Shown here: positions 9,359-19,127 of the stretch, piece by piece | Layout of the letters: every line of letters begins with the position of its first letter | How positions within the stretch are numbered: position 1 is the first letter of the stretch | NCBI GenBank assembly: GCA_023229365.1 | Contig: JALNZK010000002.1 | Coordinates: 254,343-318,342, forward strand | Direction: 5' to 3' | DNA: 64,000 nucleotides | Source of the DNA: Pseudomonadota bacterium | GTDB taxonomy: Bacteria > Myxococcota_A > Polyangia > JAAYKL01 | Notes under the pieces: generated by a model | Told to the model about the DNA's origin: nothing | The model's database searches: none | Seen by the model: only the letters and a program-made list of their open reading frames with translations | Translations under genes and position numbers: made by a program

Positions 9359-10080
9359 GGCTTCTTGTGTAAGGCTTTCCAGTGATGAGCGGCAGCCACT
9401 GCCATTAAACACCATTCATCATCTTGTAGATCAGATGTGAGAAAATCTGCCATAATCTGAGCATCATTCTTTTTTAGATTTTCTATTTCATCATTGGGTT
9501 TGAAGTGCGTGTCTATTTTTGCCGCCAGTGTTGCTACTTTTTGCACTTCTTTATTTTTTTTGGCTGCCCAAGGTTGAGGCAAACCAGCCTCTTTGGCAGC
9601 CTTTCTTTGAGCCCTCATGCTCACGGCTGGTCCAGTATAATCATCATTCCAGTCAAACACATCTTGTTTTACATTTCTCAATTCGCTGAGAGTTCGTCGT
9701 CCTTCACAATGAGCCCGAGCAGCACAAACGGCTTTGTTGTAGAAAGTTGGGAAAGACGGACCAGGATGGTTGAGAAATTTCCACAAAAGATGGGCTGGAT
9801 CATCCTGTCCCTGAAATTTACATTCCTTCATGACAGACAGAAATTCTTTTGCCTTATCTGCCCCGTATTTGATAGCACATTTGCAAGCTACTGCCCCCAA
9901 TGCAGCACTATAAGTACCGTCCGGGCTCCCAGGCAAGCACTTGGTGATTTCTGCTGCCAATGCCTCGAAACGATCATAGAATTCCGCACGTTTTTCAGCA
10001 GGAAGCTGAACTTCTGCCTTGCCTCTATTGCCAATGCCTTTCAGCATTTGATTGCAAACTCGCTCGATGAATTCATTCAT
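9274..10080 (-). CDS. Hypothetical protein
   Basis: Long ORF in the minus-strand block. No recognisable motifs. Confidence 0.4.
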   Translation of the reverse strand: MNEFIERVCNQMLKGIGNRGKAEVQLPAEKRAEFYDRFEALAAEITKCLPGSPDGTYSAALGAVACKCAIKYGADKAKEFLSVMKECKFQGQDDPAHLLWKFLNHPGPSFPTFYNKAVCAARAHCEGRRTLSELRNVKQDVFDWNDDYTGPAVSMRAQRKAAKEAGLPQPWAAKKNKEVQKVATLAAKIDTHFKPNDEIENLKKNDAQIMADFLTSDLQDDEWCLMAVAAAHHWKALHKKPHVENQNVSGVEVNNSVNGNADQPPTPV

Positions 10081-11682
10081 TTATGCTGCTCCCAAAATAC
10101 TTCTCATTTGATCTTTAATTTTTTCAATACGGCCCAGTTCCTCTTGTTGGCTATTTTGAGCCTCTTGAACGTCGCTCAACAACCTTGTTTCTTGCACCAC
10201 ATAGTCTTGCATTCTGTTTTCCGCTTCATTCAAGTCCTTTTTTAATGCATCCAATCGCATTTGCAAGCCCGACATAGCATCATGAGTGGTTTGCAGGTCT
10301 TTTTGTGCCTGTTCTATAATTTCACCATAAGTATTGACAGATTCTTGAACTGTGTCAATTTGTTTGGCCAAAGGTTCTAGATTTGACATTTCACTTGCTA
10401 CCTTTGAAAGCGGAACAGCAAGAATGGGTTCTGACGAATGAATTGGCTCGGGGAGCGATGTATCAGGTGCCAGAGCAATTGCCGACAGAGGTTTGGCCAG
10501 GGCTTTATTTGATTCTTCGGCAGTGAGTTGTTGCACCAATTTGGGATGTTTTTTGAACTCTTCCATCCCATCACAAGTTAACCAAAATCCCTTTGTTCTC
10601 TGGTCTTTTACAGACCGATACTCACGACGCAGCCATCTTTCCTCGCACAAAGCTTTCAGAAGGAAAGATATGATTTTGGTGCCATCCGTGTAATAGTCTT
10701 GTTGCCGAAGGAATTGATCGATGCCTAATTCAAATTTTAATGCATTGAGCGTCAATTCCAGACTTAGATACCCATTCCTTCCCGATACTGCCACAAACGC
10801 AGCCAGGGTGTTTAAACAGGCAACTGGACTGTGATGTACCGGAGCATTTGCCGATATATCACGATGGCTTAAACAAAACCGTGCTCGCTTGCCGCAGTTA
10901 AAATAATTACTGGGCAATTTCCAAAAGATTTTTGAATGGAAATCAAGCACTTCGATACCCATTTGATCTCTTGCCGCAAGCATAACTTTTTCTTCAAATG
11001 GCCATTGATGACCAATGAATTCTGATATGCTCAATCCCTTCTCGGTATACATCGCCAGCTTGACTTCAATCCATCTAATGGCTTCATTGACTAGCTTGGG
11101 ATCGGGCTGTGCCAATCGTTGTTGAACTTCTTGGTCCACTTCTGCCAAGGCATTGATTTCTGCTTCCTTTTTGGCAATTTGCTCCGCTTTTTGGACGATA
11201 CCAACCGATTTGGCAGGATCAGGACTCAAGAGGGCATTTTTGATATCTGCTGACGTTGGCAACCGTGGTTTCGGCGGAAATGGCGAAGTTAGCAGAGGCG
11301 ATTGTGTTGCTTTCTCCACCATCTGTTTGGTAAGGGGCTCAACAGTTAGTTTCTTTGGATGCACTCGCCTGAAAGCAGAAATTACATTTTTTCTATCATA
11401 CATTTTCGGGCAAGTAAGAACAGAATCCCAACAAGTTTCTGGTCCTCCCGGCATTGTACGAATCAAAAGTGATTGTGGCCCATTGGAGGCTTCTCTTGCA
11501 AACATAAAGCGGAAATCAGAACGCTTTCCGCTTTGTTTGAAAAAAGCCAAATCCCATGTGCCGTGGTATTGTAAAGCCGTAAGAACTTGCTCTACAATTT
11601 TGACACTATCTTCAACGAGCCGATCCTTTCGCAAGATAGTGTGAATAACCCTCACAACCAGAGGGGGCGGTTTCTTAGACAT
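10081..11682 (-). CDS. Hypothetical protein with C-terminal coiled coil (533 aa)
   Basis: Long ORF contiguous with neighbours. Coiled-coil-like C-terminus (QMRLDALKKDLNEAENRMQDY...). Confidence 0.45.
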   Translation of the reverse strand: MSKKPPPLVVRVIHTILRKDRLVEDSVKIVEQVLTALQYHGTWDLAFFKQSGKRSDFRFMFAREASNGPQSLLIRTMPGGPETCWDSVLTCPKMYDRKNVISAFRRVHPKKLTVEPLTKQMVEKATQSPLLTSPFPPKPRLPTSADIKNALLSPDPAKSVGIVQKAEQIAKKEAEINALAEVDQEVQQRLAQPDPKLVNEAIRWIEVKLAMYTEKGLSISEFIGHQWPFEEKVMLAARDQMGIEVLDFHSKIFWKLPSNYFNCGKRARFCLSHRDISANAPVHHSPVACLNTLAAFVAVSGRNGYLSLELTLNALKFELGIDQFLRQQDYYTDGTKIISFLLKALCEERWLRREYRSVKDQRTKGFWLTCDGMEEFKKHPKLVQQLTAEESNKALAKPLSAIALAPDTSLPEPIHSSEPILAVPLSKVASEMSNLEPLAKQIDTVQESVNTYGEIIEQAQKDLQTTHDAMSGLQMRLDALKKDLNEAENRMQDYVVQETRLLSDVQEAQNSQQEELGRIEKIKDQMRSILGAA

Positions 11683-11699
11683 AATAATCCTCCCCTGGA

Positions 11700-12794
11700 T
11701 TACTCTTCGTCAGCAAAAGTGGGCTTGGTGGGAACCGTATAGTTCGGCCCCCATTCAAACACGTCCTTTTTACGCTCGATGAGATTGATGCACGGTCTGT
11801 TGTAAACAAAACAAATCACGCCGTGTAGAACTCTTCGATAGATTTTGACTGGCGGGGCTGTGCGTCTGCCTTTGATGCTGTTGACCCATTTATAGGTAGC
11901 TCGAACAGGGTCTTCGGCTTGAAAGCCTTCAACTTTCTGGAAACGCTCACAGAAGGGAGCTATTTTGTCCATTCCGTACCATAGAGCAGCTTTGGCGATT
12001 GCTGCCTGTACATCGGATCGCTCTTTTTTGAGATAGTGTCCTACCCATTTGATGACTTCGTTGTACTTGAGCAAAAAGTCAGCAATTTCAGAGTCTGTAA
12101 TCTTTTTGCCCCGATTGACGCCCAGCATCATGGATTTGCAAATGGATGTTGCTTTGTCTTTGACAACATCTTTGCCGAGAAGCAGTGCTAGTTTTTGCCC
12201 TGTGGGACGCTTCATGCCAGAATCGACAACAAATCGAGCAATTACTGGCACTTGGAAGGTGACGTACAACGGCACATCTATATCCGCCACACGAACAGCC
12301 GCAATGCGATGTTGTCCTTGGTACAAGTCGCCATTGATATCGATTCCAAGGCTTTCCTCTGTTTGCAAATAACTACCGTTACGCATGTCTCTTGAAAGGG
12401 ACTCAATCCATGCTCCGTCACGGGGTCGATTTGCATGGTTGAAGGTTTCCAACACTTCACACATTGCACGATTCAACAGCACATATTCTGAGTATTGGTG
12501 CGGCTTTTTGGGGCAGTGACACCACGGCTTGCCAGTTAATTTGGCTTGCTCCAAGTAGTATCGCTGGTTGTCGAAAGCTTCCTGCAAAGTTTCCCGATCC
12601 ATATGTCGATTACGAGCCAGAAGTTCCTCTGGCAGTGTCCGACCTGTGTTTCTTACGGGAAAAGGAACCTTTAGCGGTGTAGCAGGAACAACAAGAGGTG
12701 TTTTAGCAAGCACCCCTATTTGAGCGAGACGGTCATAAAAATGCTCCACTACAGTGCTTCCAAGTGTCGGAATGGCTGCGTCGTCTGACATCAT
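11700..12794 (-). CDS. DGQHR-motif ParB/sulfiredoxin-fold protein (DndB/DpdB-like)
   Basis: INGDLYQGQHRIAAV matches the DGQHR domain signature of DndB-like ParB-fold proteins. Confidence 0.5.
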   Translation of the reverse strand: MMSDDAAIPTLGSTVVEHFYDRLAQIGVLAKTPLVVPATPLKVPFPVRNTGRTLPEELLARNRHMDRETLQEAFDNQRYYLEQAKLTGKPWCHCPKKPHQYSEYVLLNRAMCEVLETFNHANRPRDGAWIESLSRDMRNGSYLQTEESLGIDINGDLYQGQHRIAAVRVADIDVPLYVTFQVPVIARFVVDSGMKRPTGQKLALLLGKDVVKDKATSICKSMMLGVNRGKKITDSEIADFLLKYNEVIKWVGHYLKKERSDVQAAIAKAALWYGMDKIAPFCERFQKVEGFQAEDPVRATYKWVNSIKGRRTAPPVKIYRRVLHGVICFVYNRPCINLIERKKDVFEWGPNYTVPTKPTFADEE

Positions 12795-12971
12795 TTGTTC
12801 TCCGTGTGATGGAATATCTTGGACACCTGTGAAGCATTATACTCCAGGCTTTAAGCTTGTAAAGTGCTTTTGCTCAAAAAAAGGAAGACCTTTGCTGCAA
12901 GTCTTTGTTTTGTAACGACTTACAACTTGAAAATTTTTGGAAAAAGATCAGATGCCCTTAGGCATCCTCAC

Positions 12972-13015
12972 TGCACTTGCATTGCACTTGTATTGCACTT
13001 GCATTGCATGCTGCA
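12972..13015. repeat. Tandem 11-bp direct repeats TGCACTTG(C/T)AT x3 plus a degenerate 4th copy in a 300-bp intergenic region
   Basis: Read directly: tgcacttgcat / tgcacttgtat / tgcacttgcat / tgcatgctgca. Flanked by the palindromes gatgcc-ctta-ggcatc and ttgtaa-cgac-ttacaa and by G-tracts with tataaaaaaa. Confidence 0.8.
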
Positions 13016-13091
13016 AAAGGGGGGTATAAAAAAAGGGGTTGCCGGGGATTTCCGCCAAGAAATCATACCATTAACCCCCCAAGAACTTAGC

Positions 13092-13832
13092 TTAAAATAT
13101 TTGAAGTTGCATTTTCTCAGAAACATAAGTACAATCGCCAAAATCCATTTCGATCCACACATTATAGATTCCGACTGCCAAATCCAATCCATTTTCTGAT
13201 GTATCTAAGAGATAATATCCGAGGCATTTTTCCCTATATTGTATGTCTTCACCCTCTACAACCATACGCAGGTCTTGCTCTTCTGGCATACACTCAACAC
13301 ATTCCTGCTCGATGTATATCCTAAGAGGAGCGGCTATTGCAAGGTTTGTATAATATTCCTCTAGTTCGGACATTTGTCTTACATTAGGTTTGACCTGAAT
13401 TATTAAATATTGTTTGCCACCTTGTCGAATACGATTCGGTTGAAACCTAAAATTGAAATCATATACAATCGGGGTAGTGCCAGTATACCACAAATCGGGG
13501 TATATTTGGAATTGTTTTTCTTCGACAATGGGCTCATCATCTTCTCGAAAAACTACATACCACAAATCTAGATATTCGCCAATAACATACAAATTTCCAG
13601 CCACAGTGGTTGACGCAACATATTGTCCTGTTTCTGTATTTGTGACATTGGTGATTGTTTCTACCAATCGTCTGCCATCGGGATTATCAGTCGTTTTTTC
13701 ACTAGGGTCTAAAAACCATATTTCTACTTTTTGTACTTCATGTACATCCATTCTGTTATTAGAATTATATGTAAAGAACCTTAAATCAAGAGTATCGCCT
13801 ATAACTGGATTTTGATATCTTTCTTTAGCCAT
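13092..13832 (-). CDS. Hypothetical protein (246 aa)
   Basis: ORF in the minus block. No motifs. Confidence 0.4.
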   Translation of the reverse strand: MAKERYQNPVIGDTLDLRFFTYNSNNRMDVHEVQKVEIWFLDPSEKTTDNPDGRRLVETITNVTNTETGQYVASTTVAGNLYVIGEYLDLWYVVFREDDEPIVEEKQFQIYPDLWYTGTTPIVYDFNFRFQPNRIRQGGKQYLIIQVKPNVRQMSELEEYYTNLAIAAPLRIYIEQECVECMPEEQDLRMVVEGEDIQYREKCLGYYLLDTSENGLDLAVGIYNVWIEMDFGDCTYVSEKMQLQIF

Positions 13833-14054
13833 TAGTTGTTTTCCTCTGATTTATTTAGTGTCTTTTTGATTTTTGTTTTGCAGCTTCTATTGCTTCATTT
13901 TCTTTTTCTTTTTGTTGAATAAATCGTTCAATAAACCATTTTCTTTCAAAGATCGGAAATGACATTGCCACTTCTGGTTTTTGACGTAAATGATACATGA
14001 AAAAGAACTTCTCCTCCATTAGCATTTCCCACAATTGCAGGGACGGTGGGGGTT

Positions 14055-15119
14055 TTACTCCTCCTCGTTCTCCATCTTGTTCCCCTTCTTCCGTTTGCGT
14101 GGGAAGAAAAAATCTGCTTCAAGTGGCAAATCAATGGTGAATTCTTCCAAACACCCAGGACAGTAAATATCTACACTGGTATCCACACCAAATGGCGGCT
14201 CGGCAATAGTATTGCGGATATGAGCCACATCATTGATATGCATTTCCTTTAACAACTGCAAGATTTCTCTTTTCTCTGTGCAGCCGCCCAAATTCTCTAC
14301 CAACAAAGAGCTACGATAAAGCAATGTATCGTCTGTGCCCGTGGTATTTTTTCCTTTGCGTTCCCTGTAGTCCTGCACTCTTTGTTCATCTTCTCCTCTA
14401 GACAAACGATATGTGAAAGGAATGCTTGTTTGCGGCGTTTGATCCTTGAGTGAATTTGCATCAAAATCGGCTGGACAGGCATCTACGTACAAACCATTTA
14501 GATCGATAACATGTCCAAAACGTCGATCACAACCGGGGCATTTTACTTCTACGTCATATTGCGGCGTATAAGAGATACCACGCAGGTAAATGAGCAAATA
14601 GGTGCGGTCTTCAGTCAAAAATTTCTCGGCATCATAATCCTCTTGTATACAGTGATTGAAGATCATGTTCATGGCTTTGCCCTTTTTGACAAATCGGCTT
14701 GTGGCCAGAATTTCTTCTTCTTGTCCTGTCATGGGTCTAATGTGTAGTTTTCCATTTCTTGGGCCATCTGTACCATCGTAGAATTTGCCTTTTGAAGGAA
14801 GTTCGATTTCTTCAAAGGTTGCTTTGGATTGCTTGATTCTGGCCCGCATTTGTTGAAAGGCGTCACCACCATCAAGAGGCTCTTCAGACATGGCTTCTGG
14901 CCTTCTTTGCGGACCCTTTAGTTGCTGGTCCAGAATTTTCTGGGCAAAGGGAGGGATTTTCCCCGTAATCGGCAATTGTGCTGGACTGGCTGGCGATGTT
15001 TCCAACTCTTCTTCAACTGCTCTACGCACCTGGGAAATTTCATTCAGTGCATTTTGATCTGATTTGATCTCATCTGGACTTATTGGTTTACGTTGTGGTC
15101 TAAAAGCTTCTTCTGGCAT
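14055..15119 (-). CDS. Hypothetical protein with CxxC...CxxC zinc-ribbon elements
   Basis: CPGCDRR and CPGCLEE pairs. 354 aa. Confidence 0.4.
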   Translation of the reverse strand: MPEEAFRPQRKPISPDEIKSDQNALNEISQVRRAVEEELETSPASPAQLPITGKIPPFAQKILDQQLKGPQRRPEAMSEEPLDGGDAFQQMRARIKQSKATFEEIELPSKGKFYDGTDGPRNGKLHIRPMTGQEEEILATSRFVKKGKAMNMIFNHCIQEDYDAEKFLTEDRTYLLIYLRGISYTPQYDVEVKCPGCDRRFGHVIDLNGLYVDACPADFDANSLKDQTPQTSIPFTYRLSRGEDEQRVQDYRERKGKNTTGTDDTLLYRSSLLVENLGGCTEKREILQLLKEMHINDVAHIRNTIAEPPFGVDTSVDIYCPGCLEEFTIDLPLEADFFFPRKRKKGNKMENEEE

Positions 15120-15165
15120 ATTTGCTCCTGTTTAATTATTGCTTTCTAACTATGATAGTAAATAA

Positions 15166-15522
15166 ATGCTGATAATAAATTTTAACAATGTTGAAAATTT
15201 AGTTTTTTACAACGAAAAGGTTCAGGCGTTACTTCCTGAATTCATACATTTATTTAATTCTTGGAAATTTGCTGTAAAAAATCCATCTTTTCGAAGCCTT
15301 GGCAAACGATCTATAGCCGATTTTCTCAATCACTTAACAGAGGATAATATCGAGGTTTTGACTAAATACTTTGGGGACAAAATACAAATCGATAGGATTG
15401 ATTATCATATAGTTAAAAATTCAGAGTACAGCGTTGATACTACCGAGGTTTTGCAAGATGCTTTCTCTAATATAGTATTGTTCAGAAAAAATAATCATTT
15501 ATATGTATCTTCTTGGAGATAA
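15166..15522 (+). CDS. Hypothetical protein
   Basis: ORF. Start of a short plus-strand block. Confidence 0.3.
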   Translation: MLIINFNNVENLVFYNEKVQALLPEFIHLFNSWKFAVKNPSFRSLGKRSIADFLNHLTEDNIEVLTKYFGDKIQIDRIDYHIVKNSEYSVDTTEVLQDAFSNIVLFRKNNHLYVSSWR

Positions 15523-15905
15523 TTATGGCAAATTTAATTTTATTTCTCTTAGCTTCTGTTGGGCTTTCTCACATCTTGGTGGAAAGCACCATATGTGATC
15601 CTTTGAGAACATGGTTTAAAGATAGGTCTCCCAAAGAAGGCGACCCTTGTCCAAAGCCACTATCCTTTAAGTGGTTGTGTGGCAAAACTTCATATATACT
15701 GGGTTGTTACCAATGTAGTGGCGTATGGTCTGGCTGGATTATGGCTGGTTTTATTTTGACCAGTTGGAATGTTGATGTCTCCATAATATACAACTTGTTT
15801 ACAAATCTGGCAGTAATAATACCAGCGGGCTTTGCCGCCAGTATTATTTCTAATCTAGTGGCTATCTTACTGACTTATTTAGAAGCAAACTCCTTGGTTA
15901 AATAA
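15513..15905 (+). CDS. Small membrane protein (multiple predicted TM segments)
   Basis: Hydrophobic stretches LILFLLASVGLSHILV, WSGWIMAGFILTSW, LAVIIPAGFAASIISNLVAILL. Confidence 0.45.
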   Translation: MEIIMANLILFLLASVGLSHILVESTICDPLRTWFKDRSPKEGDPCPKPLSFKWLCGKTSYILGCYQCSGVWSGWIMAGFILTSWNVDVSIIYNLFTNLAVIIPAGFAASIISNLVAILLTYLEANSLVK

Positions 15906-16294
15906 TGGGCGAAATATATCAATTATTTTGTAATAACTGTTGCTGGAAAAGAATTAGTGAAAATCTAGAAGCCAAGGATTTAACCGAGGTAAAAACCACT
16001 GACGTTCCCAAGGGCATTCCTCATATAGACCCAGTAAACGGAGATATGATAATCCCCAAACCGCTTAAACGCAACAAGAAGTATAAATGTCCAAATTGTG
16101 GGTTTGTTATAATTCCTCGCAAAATAGAAAACCCACAAGAAAATGTAGAACAAAACATGGATATGCAAAGACGCATACAGAAACGATTGGAAAATGACGA
16201 GAAAGAAAAGGTGAAACAACTTGAGAGAGAACAGCTTAAAAAACAACGTGGGGCTGATGGAAGTGAAACAAGCCCTGGCAGACGGACGCTTTAG
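15905..16294 (+). CDS. Hypothetical Zn-ribbon protein
   Basis: CNNCC...CPNCG motifs. Basic, Lys-rich C-terminus. Confidence 0.35.
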   Translation: MGEIYQLFCNNCCWKRISENLEAKDLTEVKTTDVPKGIPHIDPVNGDMIIPKPLKRNKKYKCPNCGFVIIPRKIENPQENVEQNMDMQRRIQKRLENDEKEKVKQLEREQLKKQRGADGSETSPGRRTL

Positions 16295-16616
16295 AGATGC
16301 GTTGCCCTTAGAAATCAGGGATGATGTCGCCAAATATCTACATTGCCCCAGTTGTGCCTCTAATGTAAATTTTTTCAGGAACGTTCTAAAAACTTGCAAA
16401 AAGCAACTCAGCGATTATTATCCGGGCAGAGAGTTTTTTGATGAAGAAAAAGAAATAGAGACACTGGCCGCCAATCATTGGTCTGTGTTTTCTTGTCACA
16501 TCAATGATTTGGAAGGTAAATTACGAGCTTTGCCCAAGGGCAGAAAACAAATTGCTATGGCTCGCTGGGAAGATCAAATCACTGTAGTAGTCAACGAAAT
16601 TGATTATATTTATTGA
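16257..16616 (+). CDS. Hypothetical protein
   Basis: ORF 16221..16616. An internal Met start at 16257 reduces overlap with the upstream gene. Confidence 0.3.
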   Translation: MEVKQALADGRFRDALPLEIRDDVAKYLHCPSCASNVNFFRNVLKTCKKQLSDYYPGREFFDEEKEIETLAANHWSVFSCHINDLEGKLRALPKGRKQIAMARWEDQITVVVNEIDYIY

Positions 16617-17188
16617 TGGTAAAAGAATTGTTTTTGCAAACGAACATATATCCATTCCTTGGGCATCGTGCTCAAGGATTCTACAAAATTGTAGAACATC
16701 TTGAAAACAATCCTCATGGGTATATTATAGAAACAGGAACAACAAGAGGGGTAGGCGGTTGGTATAGCGAGGGACAAAGCACGTTGATTTGGGATTGGGT
16801 CAAGACGCTATTGCCAGACATTAAAATCATATCAATAGACAAAGATCAGTCCTGTATCAATATCGCAAAATCGCAAACCAAGCATGTTGAATATGTCTGT
16901 GATGATTCTGTGAATGCACTGAACACAATGAGTGGTTCAATAACAAAGGATACAATACTTTTGTATTTAGACAGCATGGATTGGAGTGAAAAAGCAGCCC
17001 TCGAATCCAGCTTGCATCATCTGTGCGAATTGGCATGTGTTTGGACAAGCTTACCAAAGGGATGTCTTATTGTTGTAGATGATCGACACTCAGAGACAAT
17101 GGGCAAACATATTATGGTCGAACAGTTTATGAACAAACTTGGCATAATTCCTTTTTTCAAAGAATATCAAATAGCATGGATTAAATAG
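16613..17188 (+). CDS. Putative class-I SAM-dependent methyltransferase (TylF/CmcI-like)
   Basis: IIETGTTRGVGG (motif I-like) and LLYLDSMDW (acidic motif) resemble Methyltransf_24-type O-methyltransferases. Confidence 0.35.
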   Translation: MMVKELFLQTNIYPFLGHRAQGFYKIVEHLENNPHGYIIETGTTRGVGGWYSEGQSTLIWDWVKTLLPDIKIISIDKDQSCINIAKSQTKHVEYVCDDSVNALNTMSGSITKDTILLYLDSMDWSEKAALESSLHHLCELACVWTSLPKGCLIVVDDRHSETMGKHIMVEQFMNKLGIIPFFKEYQIAWIK

Positions 17189-18131
17189 ATTTGCTTTCAT
17201 GACAATAATGTTTTGATTTTTTGATATTGGAACAACTGTTTATCATTTTCTGAGGATATGATTTATACTTACTGATTTCTATTGGCCACTCATCAGACAA
17301 ATCCCTACGGCCCCCCAAAATCAAAGCATTTTCATAGAATATCATGGCCTTTTGGAAATTGTCTTGTTGGTAGTAAATATCTCCCAATAAGCACCAAAAT
17401 TCGGACATGATGGGGCGAACGGCCAGACAAGGCAATATGTGTTTAAAAGCAGAGTGTAAATCTTTAAATTGATAGCAGTAAACCATAGCAAGATAATATT
17501 TGAGCATTACGGCTGATATGCCTTCTTTTTCCAGAAAAAGGTAATGATTTGATATAGCCACAAATTCTCGATACTTAGCTTGTTGCAGCAAAATACAAGC
17601 TTCGTAATAATACGGATTAGGTGACGTAGGTTGTTCTTTTTTCCAACTTCTTATAACATCCAGTTGTCCTTGAAGGGGTGGTTGTTTTTTACTATAAATT
17701 ATCACTTCTTTAAGTAGTTTTGCGTTTGGATCATATAAAGTTTCAAATATTGGATTTACAAATCTAAATCCACTAGACATGCTCCACAATCTTATTTCCT
17801 TAGAAACAATATTTTCTTGAAATATTTGACATAACCAAGAATTGCTTTGTAGGTTTTCTAAATGTCTGTGCCCTTGTGCTAACACTTCCCAAGGCTGAAT
17901 GTAAAAAGCCCAGGGAGTTTTGGTGTTTTCTATCAAAACATTGCGGGCAACCGAACAGTTGTTTGTAACTGGGATAATTTTTGCTTTAAACTTGCGACAG
18001 ATTGCGAGAGAATTATCTGTTGAGCCCTGATCGCCTATTAGAATTGGGCAATCTAAAACAACAAGTGATTGCAACGATTGCTCAATATCCTGTTCATTGT
18101 TTCTAACCAGAAGATGAACTGTCAGGTTCAT
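17181..18131 (-). CDS. Glycosyltransferase family 2 domain fused to TPR-like repeats
   Basis: LLVRNNEQDIEQSL...IGDQGSTDNS matches the GT2 DxGSxD signature. C-terminal half has TPR-like helical repeats (YYQQDNFQKAMIFYENAL). Confidence 0.55.
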   Translation of the reverse strand: MNLTVHLLVRNNEQDIEQSLQSLVVLDCPILIGDQGSTDNSLAICRKFKAKIIPVTNNCSVARNVLIENTKTPWAFYIQPWEVLAQGHRHLENLQSNSWLCQIFQENIVSKEIRLWSMSSGFRFVNPIFETLYDPNAKLLKEVIIYSKKQPPLQGQLDVIRSWKKEQPTSPNPYYYEACILLQQAKYREFVAISNHYLFLEKEGISAVMLKYYLAMVYCYQFKDLHSAFKHILPCLAVRPIMSEFWCLLGDIYYQQDNFQKAMIFYENALILGGRRDLSDEWPIEISKYKSYPQKMINSCSNIKKSKHYCHESKSI

Positions 18132-18328
18132 GTTTTGCCCGCCTCTCCGCTAATAACAACATAGCATCTGCTTCTTCTGTGCGATTTATAGATTTTAGGT
18201 ATTTTGCAAAATCCTCATATGGTTTTTTAGCAGTTGGTTGCTCTATTATAGATAAAATGAGATTAATTGGATTTGACATTTAATTTTATTAAGCAGACAT
18301 ATTTAATACTTTATATTAAAGGAGTTTC

Positions 18329-18859
18329 ATGGCCAGCGAATATATCAACAATCAACAATTTGAACGAAATATAGCACAGTATCAGAATGCAAAGAAAAAG
18401 AAAGCAAGGTGTTTGTTGGTTATTGAAGATTTAAGAGATACCATTAAAAGGAAAGGCATCAGGAAGGTCATATGTGCCTCCGAGCGAAAAGTATTAAAAT
18501 CATATCAGTTGACCTATCAATCTGCTGAAAATGACTATAAAGATGCTGAAATAAAGCTGGCCTCTGATTTTTTTCTCTTGGCTGAAAATCTAACTCGTTA
18601 CTTTAAGTTTCACTTAATAGAACCAGATGACGCAATCCAAGAAGGTGTAATGATTTGCTTTGAGAAAATAGATAGATTTAATCCTATTAAGGGCAAAGCT
18701 TTCAACTATATGACCACCTGCTGTGCCAACCATTTTCGACAGCTACACAGGACATCAAAGAATTACAATGAGCTAAAAAAGAAGTTTTTTACCTTCAAAC
18801 AGACCTGCGAACAACGAACAATCATAAAAAACGGAAAAGAAATACCATTTTTTACATAA
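18329..18859 (+). CDS. T4 gp55-like late-transcription sigma factor
   Basis: 176 aa, against 185 aa for gp55. LAENLTRYFKF / QEGVMICFEKIDRFNP / KAFNYMTTCCANHFRQ align with gp55 IAEGLSKRFNF / ADGIEASIKGLHNFDE / HAYITQACFNAFVQR as recalled. Confidence 0.6.
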   Translation: MASEYINNQQFERNIAQYQNAKKKKARCLLVIEDLRDTIKRKGIRKVICASERKVLKSYQLTYQSAENDYKDAEIKLASDFFLLAENLTRYFKFHLIEPDDAIQEGVMICFEKIDRFNPIKGKAFNYMTTCCANHFRQLHRTSKNYNELKKKFFTFKQTCEQRTIIKNGKEIPFFT

Positions 18860-18899
18860 TTTAGTAGAAAAGGTGTTGCAAAAGTAATATAATAATGTT

Positions 18900-19127
18900 A
18901 TGAAGTATAATCCATTAGAACAATTAGAAACAGCCGAGTTAATAGAAAAGTTAAAAAGTTGGGGTTATGGGGACTTAATAAAAGTTCTCTTAGAAGATGC
19001 AGAGGTCTATACTAAAAAGGGCAGATTGAACAAATCAGGTGCTTGCCGAGTTTTGGACTGGAAAAGCAAACAACTTGAAGATGCCCTTGCAGCCTGTAAA
19101 CAAATACTGCACAACGAATTTGATTAG
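18900..19127 (+). CDS. Hypothetical small protein
   Basis: ORF following the gp55-like gene. No motif. Confidence 0.3.
   Translation: MKYNPLEQLETAELIEKLKSWGYGDLIKVLLEDAEVYTKKGRLNKSGACRVLDWKSKQLEDALAACKQILHNEFD

Noticed and set aside
9505-10245. 246-aa plus-strand ORF
   Set aside because: Antisense to two contiguous minus-strand genes. FFIFFGC-type low-complexity translation.
12972-13015. Tandem repeats as a CRISPR array
   Set aside because: Units are 11 bp and directly abutting, with no spacers. This is far from CRISPR repeat-spacer architecture.
18132-18328. Sigma70-like or T4 middle promoter in the divergent gap upstream of the gp55-like gene
   Set aside because: TTGACA is present at 18273, but no convincing -10 at 16-18 bp spacing and no clear MotA-box.
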